The position numbers and the translations under genes are program-made. Below the pieces are notes generated by a model. It had not been told where the DNA came from. It saw nothing but the letters and a program-made list of their open reading frames with translations, and made no database searches. Below are positions 1 to 13,139 of a DNA stretch of 64,000 bases, in pieces. The stretch's first letter is position 1. Each line of letters opens with the position of its first letter. The stretch spans positions 12,989,727-13,053,726 of the forward strand of contig NC_057719.1 in assembly GCF_004010195.1 (NCBI RefSeq), written 5' to 3'. The DNA is from Chiloscyllium plagiosum (taxonomy: Eukaryota).

Positions 1-134
1 TGATATCCTTCTATGCCGTAAATGTTTCCAAGTGGAATCATGGTGAGGTGTCTGGAGAGCTGGTGAGAGACCTTTTCCAGGGAAGGATTATGGAACCTCA
101 CTCCAATCAGACAGTGGTCACACCACTGGAGACT

Positions 135-221
135 AAAAGTGTGTTGCTGGAAAAGCCCAGCAGGTCAGGCAGCATCAAAGGAGCAGGAGAATTGACGTTT
201 CGGGCATAAGCCCTTCTTCGA
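135..221 (-). mobile_element. ~87-bp Penelope terminal-repeat mini-insertion with partial hammerhead motif; 13-bp TSD accactggagact (122-134, 222-234)
   Basis: Direct repeats seen on both sides; reverse complement reads gaagaagggcttatgcccgaaacgtc...gctgcctgacctgctg... Confidence 0.8.
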
Positions 222-517
222 ACCACTGGAGACTCAAGCCCTGGCTGCTGAGAGCTGCTGGCCAAACAAAGACCATTGTTCAGCAATGCCATGGAGGAGG
301 GAAGGGTCACTCCCAGATTCCAAGGATCACAGATGTTGCAGATCAAAGATACGTGATTGGGAGTTGGGGCGAAGAGGAAGAGAGGGTTCTCTGGTTTCAG
401 GTCATGGGAAAGGGTGACGGAAGGTTCAGAAGGAAGCAAAGGAAGTTGCCATCTAGCCCCCTCCATGATGTCCAAGGGACCTCTTACACTTTTCCCAGCT
501 CTGAGGTGACAAGCTGT

Positions 518-1410
518 CATATAGTCATAGATGTATACAGCATGGAAACAGACCCTTGGGTCTAACTCATCCATGCCGACCAGATATCCCAACCCAATCT
601 AGTCCCACTTGCCAGCACCCGGCCCATATCCCACCAAATCCTTCCTATTCATATACCCATCCAGATGCCTTTTAACTGTTGCAATTGTACCAGCCTGCAC
701 CACTTCCTCTGGCAGCTCGTTCCATACACATTCCACCCTCTGCATGAAAATGTTGCCCCTTAGGTCTCTTTTATATCTTTCCCCTCTCACCCTAAACCTA
801 TGTCATCTAGTTGTGGACTCCCCCACCCTAGGGAAAAGACATTGTCTGTTTATCCTATCCATGCCCCTCATGATTTTAAAAAGCTCTATAAGGTCACCCC
901 TCAGCCTTTAACGCTCCAGGGAATACAGCCATACCCTATTCAATCTCTCCCTATAGCTCAAATAATCTAACCCTCGCAATAGTCTTGTAAATCTTTTCTG
1001 AACTCTTTCAAGTTTCACAACATCTTTCCGATAAGAGGGAGACCAGAATTGCATGCAATATTCCAACAGTGGCCTAACCAATGTCCTGTACAGCCGCAAC
1101 ATGACCTCCCAACTCCTGCACTCAGTACTCTGACCAATAAAGGAAAGCATACCAAACGCCTTCTTCACTATCCTATCTACCTGCGACTCCACTTTCAAGA
1201 AGCTATGAACCTGTACTCCAAGGTCTATATGTTCAGCAAAACTCCCTAAGACCTTACATTAAGTGTATAAGTCCTGCTCTGATTTGCTTTCCCAAAATGC
1301 AGCACCTCGCATTTATCTAAATTAAACTCCATCTGGCACCTCTTAGCCCATTGGCCCATCTGATCAAGATCCCATTGTAATCTGAGGTAACCCTCTTCGC
1401 TGTCCACCAA
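518..1410 (-). mobile_element. CR1-clade LINE (HER1-like), 5'-truncated 3' end
   Basis: RT C-terminal peptides LYRTLVRPLLEYCMQFWSP and WNELPEEVV; 3' tail (ctatga)n. Confidence 0.9.
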
Positions 1411-1799
1411 ACTTCCAATTTTGGTGGGTGTCCACAAGTTAGCGGCTGTTGGGAATGACGCATGGCAATAGGCTTATTTGTAGCTGGGATAATCCTGTGG
1501 CTGCTGTCCAAGGCTGTTACTCAGTCAATTATGGACCTCAGAAAAGGTGACCATGGGGCTTCCTGCACAGAATGTAATTCCATGGGAAATAAGAAGGCTG
1601 AGGTGTTTGGATTTTCCAACACCCTCCCTAAAAAATACTCTTTCCCACTCCCAGCTCGCCACCACCAGAGCAGATCTGCCTAGTGATTTGGTCTGGTTCA
1701 CTTCCTTGGTGTCAGCCAACCCTGTCTCTGGTTTGCACTCTAAGATCAATCATAAGATATTGGATAAAAAGCCCATTTCAATACTTGAGCCCAAAAGTC

Positions 1800-1978
1800 T
1801 TGGCTGACAGTCCACCACTACACTATGGGAGTACTACAGTGGTGGATGCACTGTTTCTCAGGTGTGACATTGAACTAATGCCCAGTCTGCACACTCTGGT
1901 GCATGAAATGTGATATAGAACAGTGGAGTACTCTCCCCAACCTGACCAATAAAAATCCCTTAATCAATATCACTAACC
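1800..1978 (+). mobile_element. Decayed Deu-domain SINE remnant
   Basis: Resembles the Deu core and the better-preserved copy at ~36700-37000. Confidence 0.35.
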
Positions 1979-3043
1979 TCTTTTAGGGAAGGGCATCTGA
2001 ATTTTGATGAAGAGTAATTTAGGCATGAAACGTTAGCTTGCTCTCTATCCATGGATACTGCCTGACCCACTGTGATCTCCAGCATTTTTGTTTTCAATAC
2101 AGATTCCAACATCTGCAGTAATTTGCTCCGACATCTGAATCCTTATTTGGTCTGGCCTACATGTGACTCCAATCCCATGGCAATTTGATTTATTATTGTC
2201 ACGTACTGAGAAACAGTGCAATTTCTTTGTGTGTTAACGAGACAAATCAGACCTTACATAATACATCAGGGTATTAGATCAGACGGCAGAATGTAGTGTT
2301 AATGCAGAATATAGTATTCTAGGAACGCGGTTGACTCTCAACAACTCAGTGGGCAATTAGGGATGGGCAATAAATGCTGGCCTGACCAGCGATGTCCAAG
2401 TCCTGTGAATGAATTAAAATATTCACAAAAGTGGACTACCTGCTTTGTTGCGTTTTGTGGGAGTTTGCTCTGCACAAATTGTTTGACCTCTATTTGAGAT
2501 GGCAACTCACTCCCACTTTCCTGAGGGTAATTAGGCACAGGCAATAAGTGCTGGTCTAGCTAGCGATGCCCACATTTCAGGAATGAACAAACCTCCTCCA
2601 CACCCTCTGGCCTGGACACTTTGTCTGAAGTGTGCACTGTTGCGCAAGGTCAAATAAAAAAAACTCTTTGTTATGCACATTTCTAATGGTCTTCCTGATG
2701 CTACCACTAATCTGCTAAAGAATGTTGCAACTGGTTCCAAAGCTACATTCTACGGGGCTAACTTTGCATTGCTTGACAATAGGTTGGTTACTATTCAATT
2801 TATGGATGTCACAGTAACAGTGAAGGCAACTCCAGCTCTCTCTGAACTAATTTCAAATGATCACCATCAGACTAAGGTTTCAATGCAAGTTGGATGAAAA
2901 TTTGGTTGGGATTTTGATGAAACAGGAAGGATACTGATTCAAATCAGCTAATCACTACAGCACAAATTGTTGAAAGGAATGATGTTTTACTTAAGTTTAC
3001 CGGGCAGGAATTAGTCAGACTTCCCAACATTGATTGTTACTCA

Positions 3044-3114
3044 CTGGCTCCTTCTGTAAATTGCCCATAGTGCAGCTAGCGGATCTGTCTGTGATACCTC
3101 CAGTGGTCATAAAG
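3044..3114 (-). other. Possible exon of an upstream minus-strand gene (FMTTGGITDRSASCTMGNLQKEP)
   Basis: Acceptor ...tatgttgacag| and donor |gtgagt with one open frame; no homology recognised. Confidence 0.25.
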
Positions 3115-3283
3115 CCTGTCAACATACGTCAAGTTCACAAAACAAAGAATAGCTATCGGGCTGGATTTGATAAATTGAAACAGTACAAAGACTCAATACC
3201 ATCAGGGGAGGATCTGGGAAGAAAGAAAAAGAGAATGTGATTTTGAAGAAGGTGTAAAAGAGAGAGGAAGACAGAAAGGGTCC

Positions 3284-3545
3284 ATCACTTGCTGCCTGAC
3301 CTGCTGTGATCTCCAACATTCCTTGTTTTCAGTACAGATTCCAGAATCTGCAGTAATTTGCTCCTACAAGGGTCCGACTTGACACTGACATTTTTTACAA
3401 ACCCACCGACTCCCACAGCTACCTGGATTACACCTCTTCCCACCCTACCTCTTGCAAAAATGCCATCCCATATTCCCAATTCCTCCGCCTCCGCCGGATC
3501 TGCTCCCAGGAGGACCAGTTCCACTACAGAACACACCAGATGTTT
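3284..3545 (+). mobile_element. Penelope-like element fragment (terminal repeat piece plus RT thumb region)
   Basis: Translates TDIFYKPTDSHSYLDYTSSHPTSCKNAIPYSQFLRLRRICS, a typical PLE RT C-terminus. Confidence 0.85.
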
Positions 3546-4229
3546 TAAAAAAGTAAAAATGGTTCAATTAGAACACATTAAGACGCCCTGGATTAAAAGT
3601 TGGCTCACACAGCACCTGTTTTAAACTAGCAACAAACAGGTGTTTAAGGATCCCTGGCAGATGGCCTGTACAAATGCATTCCACACTAGATGTTGGTTGG
3701 GGCTCAAACCCAAGTATCCAGTCTGAGTGCCCAAACATGGAATTACATTAATTGCACATGACAATATTATTATATTTCATATCTCCAAACAACAGTTGAG
3801 CATCCACAATAGTAGAATTTCAGTTTAACTTGTAGTGAAGGATCTACACTACTCACTCAGATCCCGAGATCTTAGCGCAGAATTAAGACCATAGGGCATT
3901 GCTAAAGCTTAGCTGACTAATGTATACATGCCTCCATAGAATACTTACAAATTATTCCTGTTAAGCATAGTTTGTATATGTCAGAATACTGGTCCCAAAA
4001 TCACAAGATAGTAACCAACTGAAGTAATATGACCTACATTTTTTGAAGTTATTAAGACTCTTAAGCATTTTTATGCTTTATTGTTTAAAGATCAAAGTTA
4101 AGAAATTTCTAATGGTGAGTAGCGTTTCTGTGTCATTCCTGGATACTAATGAAAATATGAACTTGTTTACTAAATCATAGAACATAGCGTAGTACAGACC
4201 CTTCAGCCCTTGATGTTGCCATTGTACTC

Positions 4230-4430
4230 TATGCTACTCTCTCCCCACCCCCACCCTCCCCTAGCTTATCTCTCCACGCTTCAGGCTCACTGCCTTTATT
4301 CCTGATGAAGGGCTTTTGCCCAAAACGTCGATTTCGAAGCTCCTTGGATGCTGCCTGAACTGCTGTGCTCTTCCAGCACCACTAATCCATAATCTGGTTT
4401 CCAGCATCTGCAGTCATTGTTTTTACCTCC
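4230..4430 (+). mobile_element. Penelope terminal repeat with mutated hammerhead motif
   Basis: cctgatgaagggcttttgcccaaaacgtcga at ~4301. Confidence 0.75.
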
Positions 4431-4999
4431 ATCACAGCCAGCTGGGCCTTCTCAAGTCTCTTAAACCTGTGCTTTGGCTCCAGGCCATGTGATAATTTGC
4501 TCTCATCTCCAGCTCACACTTAGCTCAACAACTCAAGAATTCACTGTCAGTGAGAGAGGGAAAAATAGTGTGGGAGACTCTCAGCAGCTGAGGCACACGA
4601 GATAAAACTTTACGCAGCAGTATATCTGTATTGCATTTACTTTTACGTGACCAATCAGTAGGCAGAGTTGAATACAGTTTAAATCAGAGTGGTGCTAGAA
4701 AAGCACAGCAGGTCAGGCAGCATTCGTGGAGCAGGAAAATCGACGTTTCAGGCAAAAGCCCTTCATCAGAAATACATAATTTAGAAGGTTATGCTTCAAT
4801 TGTACAGGGCACTTCTGAGACTGAATCTGGAGTACAGTATACAGTATAGGTCACCTTATTTAAGCAAGGATTCAACTGTATTGGAGTCGGTTTTACCTGA
4901 TTAATTCCTGGTTTTCTTATGAGGAAGTGTTGAACAGACTAAGCTTATATCTTAAGAATTTAGAAGGATGATGTGATTTGATTGATACATATAATAATA

Positions 5000-6230
5000 G
5001 TTGCAAAAGCTGTAACCTGTGCAGAGAAGCAGGCCACATGCACAAGGCCTGCCCAAGACAGGGGGAGCACCATGTACGCTCAGATGGCTGGAGGTGGCAA
5101 TGTGAGCCGTGGACCCCCAAAGACAGCAAGACACCACCATTGAGCAAGGGCACTGAGTCAAGAGGCACCCAGAGAGAAGGACAGGCTGGAGTGGAACAGA
5201 TGGCAACCAGCATGGAGGCACAGAACCGACCCAACCCCCAGCTGGACGGAAGGAGTCAATGGAAGAGAAGGAAACTAAGGAGGTTAGGCAATGGATACCG
5301 GCGAAATACAACAAGAAAAGTAAAACATGTCAGCCTCGCAAAGCCTCACAACAAGATGGCAAGAGACAGCTCCATGAGGATGACACAAGCAGCTCCTCTG
5401 ATAGTGAAGAGGGACAGAAAGATGGCCATCATAAGAAGAAGAGGCAGAGCACCACAGGGGAAGTGGAGAGCAGTACCCCCCGAACAGAAAACAACGGACC
5501 CTCCAAGGGGACTGATAAAGCCCAACACCACTTGGTGAGAACTGGGGTTACCCACTGCACACTGCTCCAGGTGACTGGGAGCTGCAATCCTTTGTCAGCC
5601 CCTCTATCAGATGCAGAACTGGACTCTGCTGACCTTGTTCTCAGCCCGATGCCACCAGACCGGGGAAGTGGCTGCAGTGTGGAACTGGACAGCCCTGCGA
5701 GGGTCCAATAGTTCGTCCACACCACAGGGATGTAGACAGTCGCCCCAGTGACAGGACTGTTGGTGAATGGACATTGGTAACCTTTGGGAGTTAAAATTGC
5801 TACCATTAACGTGTGTAGCAATAATTCTTCTGTGTGATGCGTCACCACTTTGACTTTCCTAGCCAACCTTAAAGCAAATGTACTATTTCTGTAGGAGTAT
5901 GGGATACTGCACCTCAGCAGCGACAGGAGATTGTCACGCTTGTAAGCCCAAGGGCCATCAGTTTGGTTGGGGGGCAACGATAACCATTCCTCCGGCCCGG
6001 GTATCCTGCTGTGACAAGGCAACTTCACCATCTCCGAGGTTAAGGAGGTAGTGGACAGGTGCCTCCTTGTCACAGACGTTATGTACAAAAACGCTTCCCT
6101 GAGACTTATTAATGCGTATGCCCCAGCAGGAAAGAGTGAGCGGTTGGCCATCCTGCAGCAGTTTCCACTGTTACTGGCTACATCCAGGCCGGTCATTCTG
6201 GCCGGAGTCACCACCTGTATCATTGACATT
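5000..6230 (+). mobile_element. Decayed Tx1/L1-clade LINE: ORF1 CCHC knuckle and ORF2 APE endonuclease start
   Basis: CNLCREAGHMHKAC zinc knuckle; RLINAYAP...RPVILAG..TCIID endonuclease motifs with stops. Confidence 0.8.
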
Positions 6231-6231
6231 G

Positions 6232-7517
6232 GTGGTGGGTAGGTTGTTGGAGGGAATCCTGTGGGATAGGATTTACATGCATTTGGAAAGGCAAGGACTG
6301 ATTAGGGATAGTCAGCATGGCTTTGTGCCTGTGAAATCATGTCTCACGAACTTGGTTGATTTTTTTGTATAAGTAATAAAGAGGATTGATGAGGCAGAGC
6401 AGTAGATGTGATCTATACAGACTTCAGTAAGGTGTTCAACAAGGTTCCTCATGGGAGACTGGTTAGCAAGGTTAGATCTAATCAAATACAGGGAGAACTA
6501 GCCATTTGGATACAGAACTGGCTCAAAGGTAGAAGACAGAGAATGGTGGTGGAGAGTTGTTTTTCAGACTGCAGGCCTGGGACCAGCGGTGAGCCACAAG
6601 GATCGGTGCTGGGTCCACTACTTTGTGTTATTTATATAAATGATTTGGATGTGAGCATAAGAGGTATAGTTAGTAACATTGCAGATGACACCAAAATTGG
6701 AGGTGCAGTGGACAGTGAAAAAAGTGGCAAATGGAGTTTCATTTAGATAAATGCGAGGTGCTGCATTTTGGGATGCAAATCAGAGCAGGACTTCTAAAGG
6801 TAAGATCCTGAGGAGTGTTACTGAACAAAGAGACCATAGTTCCTTGAAAGTAGAGCCGCAGGTAGATAGGATAGTGAAGAAGGCGTTTGGTCTGCTTTCC
6901 TTTATTGGTCAGAGTATTGAGTGTAGGAGTTGGGAGGTCATGTTGCGGCTGTACAGGACATTGGTTAGGCCACTTTTGGAGTGTTGTGTGCAATTCTGGT
7001 CTCCTTCTTATCGGAAAGATGTTGTGAAATTTGGAAGTGTTCATAAAAGATTTACAAGGATGTTGCCAAGATTGGAGGATTTGAGCTAGAGCGAGAGGCT
7101 GAATAGACTGGGGCTGTTTTCCCTGGAGCTTCAGAGGCTGAGTGGTGACATTATAGAGGTTTACAAAATCATGAGGGGCATGGATAGGATAAACATACAA
7201 AGTCTTTTCCCTGGGGTGGGGGAGTCCAGAACTAGAGGGGATAGGTTTAGGGTAAAAGGGGAAAGATATAAAAGGGACCTAAGGGGCAGCTTTTTCACAG
7301 AGAGGGTGGTGCGTGTTTGGAATTAGCTGCCATAGGAAGTGTTGGAGACTAGTACAACTACAGCATTTAAAAGGCATCTGGGTGGGCATATGAATAGGAA
7401 GGGTTTAGAGGGATATGGGCCAAGTGCAGGCGAATGGGACTAGACTAGGTTAGGATATCTGGTCGGCATGGATGAGTTGGACCAAAGGATCTGTTTCCGT
7501 ACTATGACTCTGTGACC
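6232..7517 (+). mobile_element. CR1-clade LINE RT and 3' end
   Basis: SQHGF, YTDFSKVFNKVPH, PQGSVLGP, ADDTK motifs; 3' tail ctatgact. Confidence 0.9.
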
Positions 7518-7930
7518 TTCTCCAGGCCAATTGGAGATGGGCAGTAAATGCCAGTGAAGGCATTTACTTGAACAAATGAAAAATAGGTCCGATACATAAA
7601 AAGTGATAATTGGTAATGAGATAGAGAGTAGATTAAATTTACCAACTATGGCATTGTTTCTTTCTTTGCTGGGAAATCCATCAATACAGTGGAATTGATG
7701 GATTTTTGGGGTTTACTTGTAGGATTTAGCAGTGACCTAAGCACTTTAAATAAAACACCTGCCTAGACACAGAAACTGGTGTCACTTTTACATTTCTTTG
7801 AGGCTTAAAACACAAAAGTAATAGGAAGCATGAACTCCCTGTTCAGTAGAGACAGCTTTTCATTGTATGGTACCTGCCTGGAGGCTTGTTATTCAAGAGG
7901 CCTGAGGTGATAGCGCACCAGAAGCTTTGC

Positions 7931-8200
7931 TCACCTGGAGATTAATATGACAGCTCACCTGGACGTGTACATGGATAACAGTATCCCACCTGGAGATGAA
8001 TATGGATAGTAACATCCTGATGCAAGTGAAAGAGACAGATGTGGTTGACCTGCAGGAGTACATGAAGAATAACAACCCACTTGGCAGTGTATATGGATAG
8101 TAATGTCCCACCTAGAGATGTATATAGACAGTAGGAACTCACCTAGAAGTGTATATGGATGATAATATTCTACCTAGTATGTATGGACAGAAATAACCTA
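7931..8200. repeat. Degenerate ~31-bp tandem repeat, ~8 units (cacctggagatgtatatggatagtaa...)
   Basis: Recurrent CACCT(G/A)G...TATATGGA units visible by eye. Confidence 0.65.
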
Positions 8201-8815
8201 CTTTATTTAATTCATTTGTGGAACGTGGGCATTGCTGGCTAGTCAGCATTTAATTCCTATTTTTTGAGAAGGTCGTGGTGGTGTTTCCATGTATATGCTG
8301 CCCTTGTCCTTTGAAATGGAAGTGGTCATGGGTTTGCAAGGTGCTGTCTTAGAATCTTTGGTGAATTTCTGCAGTGCACCTCGTAGATAGTACATACTGC
8401 TACTACTGAGCATTGAGGGAGTGGATCTTTATCGATGTGATGTCGATGAAGTGGGCTGCTTTGTCCTGGATAGTGTCAAGGTTCATGAATGTTACTGGAA
8501 TTACACCCATCCAGGCAAGTGGGGTTTCATCACACTCCTGACTTGTGCCTTGTAGATGTTGGACAGGCTCTGGGGAGTCAGGAGGTGATTTACTCACCAC
8601 AGTATTCCTAGCCTCTGACCTGCTCCTGTAGCATTGGATTTATATGGTAAGTCCAGTTGAGTTTCTGGTCAGTGGTAACCCTGGGATATTAATAGTAGGG
8701 GTGGGGGTAGTGCCATTGAATGTTAAGGGGTGGGGGGTTAGATTGTCTCTTACTGGAGATGGTCATTGCCTGGCATTTATGTGGCATAAACATAACTTGC
8801 CACTTGTCAGCCTAA
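8200..8815 (-). mobile_element. Older LINE (CR1/L2 group) RT C-terminus and 3'UTR
   Basis: Peptide PLAWMGVIPVTFMNLDTIQDKAAHFI; its 3' tail recurs many times in the window. Confidence 0.65.
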
Positions 8816-8819
8816 GAGG

Positions 8820-9262
8820 CTAGATTAGAGTGGTGCTGGAAAAGTACAACAGGTCAGGCAGCATCTGAGGAGCAGGAGAGTCGACATTTCAGGCAAAAGC
8901 TCTTCATCAAGAAGAGCTTTTGCCTGAAACATCAGTTTTCCTGCTCCTTGGATGCTGCCTGACTGGCTGTGCTTTTCCAGCACCACTCTAAACTAGACTC
9001 TGATCTCCAGCATCTGCAGTCCTCGCCTTTGCCTACTTGTCAGCCCAAGACAGCATTGTCCAGATCTTGCTGGAAAAGTTCAGCAGGTCTGGCAGCATCT
9101 GTGAAGAGAAATCAAAGTTTCGGATCTGGAACGGAGGAAGAGTCACTGGACCCAAAACATTGACTCTGATTTCTCTTCACAGATGCTGCCAGCCCTGCTG
9201 AGCTTTTCCAGCAACTTCTGTTTTTGTTTCTGATTTACAGCATCTGCAATTCTTTTGGCTTT
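8820..9262. mobile_element. Two adjacent Penelope inverted terminal-repeat insertions
   Basis: Head-to-head inverted copies of gctggaaaag...cagcaggtc...gcagcatc. Confidence 0.7.
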
Positions 9263-9323
9263 TATGTCCAGATCTTGTTGCATTTGAACTTGAAGTGCTT
9301 CTGTATCTGAGGGCGTAGTCAGC

Positions 9324-10200
9324 ATGGTCCTGAATGAGGTCAGGATGAGAAGGGGCACATTTATGTATGAGGGCCACCATCACCTAATTCCTACCAAAGC
9401 AAATAGATCCAGGAGGTTATTGAAGGAGCTGGCAACAGAGTTGGAAAGAGCTCAGTGAACCCATGTGGGTTTTTTTTGATTAGATTAGATTACATTACAG
9501 TGTGGAAACAGGCCCTTCGGCCCAACAAGTCCACACCGACCCGCCGAAGCGCAACGCACCCATACCCCTAAATGTACCCCTTACCTAACACTACGGGCAA
9601 TTTAGCATGGCCAATTCACCTGACCTGCACATCTTTGGACTGAGGGAGAAAACCGGAGCACCCGGAGGAAACCCACACAGACACGGGGAGAACGTGCAAA
9701 CTCCACACAGTCAGTCGCCTGAGGCGGGAATTGAACCCGGGTCTCTGGCGCTGTGAGGCAGCAGTGCTAACCACTGTGCCACCGTGCCGCCCACCAAGGT
9801 CAATGAATGAATCTTTAAAGGATATCTCTTTACATCCACCAGGCTGCTCCATGCCCCACACCTCTCATCACTCAACCATCAGTGTACTACCTGACACTCT
9901 GGACTGAGGACAAGCATTCAGATGCTCAATGCCAACCTCAATCGCATTCCAGTGCTAACACCCTCACACCCACCTCTAGTTAATCATACAGCACCCAAGC
10001 ACAGTGCTACATGCTCACTGACATTCCTCACTCACTCTCTTTCTGCAGTGTAAGGTAGACAACAGCAGGACAACAGTGGGAGTGAGCAGAGGATTTCCTG
10101 CATCTCCTGAGCCCTCTGGAGAATATGGTTCTATCGTCGCTCTGCCTGCAACACAGATCACAGCATTGGGTATTGCTGTGGATACTGAGAATGCCCTCCT
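9324..10200 (+). mobile_element. Possible decayed PIF/Harbinger Myb/SANT-like accessory ORF, interrupted by a SINE
   Basis: Fragments MVLNEVRMRRGTF...LKELATEL, KVN and LHLLSPLENMVLS resemble Harbinger Myb-like proteins; frameshifted. Confidence 0.3.
9478..9792 (-). mobile_element. Full-length HE1-like tRNA-derived V-SINE
   Basis: tRNA-like head with A/B boxes (gtggcacagtggttagc...gggttcaattccc), V core, (taatc)n tail. Confidence 0.9.
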
Positions 10201-11099
10201 CCAATCCCACCTCCTGCTGCTTTGGATAGATGGCAAGCTGCACATGATGTGACCATAGACCTTTTACTTACCCTCTCCATCACCCCAATCCTTCATTCTT
10301 GCTTTTCTGCTCTCAGATAGTTAAGAACTGTCTGGCCAGCAGCCCAGGAACCCTAGGAGGAAGACAGAGAGCAGTGTCAAAAAAGTGTGGCGCTGGAAAA
10401 ATATAGCAGGTCAGGCAGCGTCTGAGGAGCAGGACAATCAGTATTACTGCCAAGCAAGATACTTGCAGCCACTGGGTCGGATACTGGTACTGCACTGACT
10501 TTGGAGGCTGATTTCGCTTGGGATTAACACATGGTCAATCCAGTAGGCTGCAGCCTGACCTGCGATAGATAGTGGATGGTTCTTGTGCCAACTCCGCAGA
10601 GGGCCAAGGTTGCAGGCATGCTCTGCTCCGGGTGGAGGTGGAAGATGCTCAGATGAAGATTTTAATGGAGTCAGTATACCGGCAAAGACATGTACGGAAG
10701 GGTTGGTGGGCCTGAATGGGCCTAAACAGGCCTGAATTACAGCTCCCTGTCACTGTCATGGGGCAGGTGGTGTTTGCTATGCTGATCTGAGTGAATTACA
10801 CAGGTGTTCAGGGGAGCTGGATGGTTCAGGTTTCAGAGCTATGTGTTTGATCCCACTAATGGAAGATTATGAGATTTGACTCCAATAAAAATCCAGAATG
10901 AAAAGATAATGGAAAATAGGAGCAGAAGTAAGCCCTTTGGCCCTCTGATCGATGTATTAGCAACCATAGCAACATTGTCAATTGTCCTAGAACCCCCAAT
11001 CTTCAGGTTCACTAATGTCCTTTAGGGAAGGAAATCTGGCGTGCTGACCTGATCTGGCCTACATGTAGTCCAAATCAAGGATGGCACAGTATCTCAGAA

Positions 11100-12690
11100 G
11101 GGTGGCACAATGGTTAGCACTGCTACCTCACAGCATGAGGCACTCGGATTTGATTCCTACCTCGGGCATGGCATTAACCAACTCCAGCCTCCCCACTACA
11201 CTTGACCCACTCCAATTTGCCTATCAGACCAACAGATCCATGTCAGATACCATATGACTTGCCCTTCACTCCTCCCTAGAACATCTTGACATGAAGAACA
11301 GCTACTAAGAATCCTACTCATTAACTACAGTTCAGCCTTCAAAACTATTATCCCCTTGAGACTGATTACAAAACTTAGTGATCTCAGACTAAGCCCCACT
11401 CTCTTCAACTGGATCCTCAGTTTCCTGACCCACAGGCCACAATCAGTGAAGATTGGGGACAATATTTCATCCTCACTAATACTCAAGACTGGAGCCCCCC
11501 AGGGGTGCGTACTCAGCCCCCTACTGTACTCACTGTATACCCATGACCGTGTCGCCAAATACCAGACTAATGCCATTTAAAGGTTCACTGATGACACCAC
11601 CATAGTCGGTCAAATCTCAGATGGTGACAAAACAGACTACAGATGGGAGGTGGAAGACCTGGAAAAATGGTGCACTGAGAACAACCTAGCTCTCAATGCC
11701 GGCAAAACTAAGGAAATCATTATTGGCTTTCGGCAGAATGTTACTCATGCCCCCCTCCACATTAACAACACAGAGGTGTAATGAATGGAGAGTGTCAAGC
11801 TCCTCGGAGTGGTCATCCACAACAAGCTTTCTGAGACTCTTCATGAGGATGCACTGATTATAAAAGGCCCAACAATGTCTCTTCTTACTCAGGCAGCTGA
11901 GGAAATTTGGCATGACAGCAAATACCCTTGCCAATTTTATAGGTGCGCCATCGAGAGCATTCTGTCTGCATGTATCACTACCTGGTATGGTAACTGTACC
12001 ATTCAAGATCGGAGACGGTTACAGAGAGTGGTGAACTCGGCCCAGACAATCACAAAGGCCAATCTCCCATCTATAGAATCCATCTACCAGGCCCATTGTC
12101 AAGGAAAGGCCACCAGCATTCTCAAAGATCCATCCCACCCTGGCAATGTTTTTCTACAACCTCTACCATCGAGGAGAAGCCTGAACACACGTACCAACCT
12201 GTTTTGAAACAGTTTCTACCCTACTGTTGTTAGAATACTGAATGAACTCTTAACATTCACCTGTATCTGTGTTTTTGTTTTGCCGCTGTTTACCTATTAT
12301 TTACTATCTATGTTACTTAACTCTGTGATCTGCCTCTATTGCTCACAAGACAATGCTTTTCACTGTGCCTCGGTACACGTGACAATAAATTCAATTCAAT
12401 TCAATTTAATTCAGGTGACTGTGTGGAGTTTGCACATTCTCCCCGTGTCTGTGTGGGTTTCCTCCAAGTGCTCCAGTTCCTCCCACTGTCCAAAGATGTG
12501 CAGATTAGGGTGGATTGACCATTGCTAAATTGCCCTGTAGAGTCCAGGGGATATGCAGGCGAGGTGGATTAGCCATGGCAAATGCAGGGGATGGGTAGGG
12601 GTATGGGTATGGAAGGGATGTTGTGCGAAGGGTCGCTGCAGACTCGATGGGTTGAATGGCCACTTCTCACACTGTAATGATTCTACGATT
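11100..12690 (+). mobile_element. HE1-like SINE split by a Rex1/Babar LINE (LINE ~11170-12412)
   Basis: SINE head at 11100-11168 resumes at ~12413; the insert encodes GAPQGCVLSPLLYSLYTHD and WYGNC...LQRVVNSAQTIT...KDPSHPG and ends in (aattc)n. Confidence 0.85.
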
Positions 12691-13139
12691 CAGGTGCATA
12701 GCAATGTAATTGATTGCTAACTGTCATCTGAGATGCCCCTATCAAGTCACTCAGATCAAGGGGTAATTCAGGGTGGGTAATAAATGCTGGCCCAAGCAGC
12801 AACACCCACATCCCAAAAACAAATATAACAGACACTCAAAATGACTGATGGATCTCACAATCTGACTGCTCCTGCCACTGACAGACAGACACATACAGTA
12901 TGCCCTCTTTCCCAACATGCCAGTGAGGTCTGGCAGTATCCTCTGTGCTTTTTCTTGAGTGGTGTGATGCAGGCACCAACAGCCCTTCTTTAGGCCCCTC
13001 CCCAGGATAATGAAGAGTCCTTGCAGGATACTGGAGCAGGGCCAGTCGAAAGCACTTGGGTCTCTGGCTGACTAGTGCATCAGTGACAATCCTCATTATC
13101 ACCTACCATTGGAATTGACCTATCATCAGACTGAGGAAT

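Noticed and set aside
5429..6229. 266-aa minus-strand ORF
   Set aside because: Antisense to the decayed Tx1 element.
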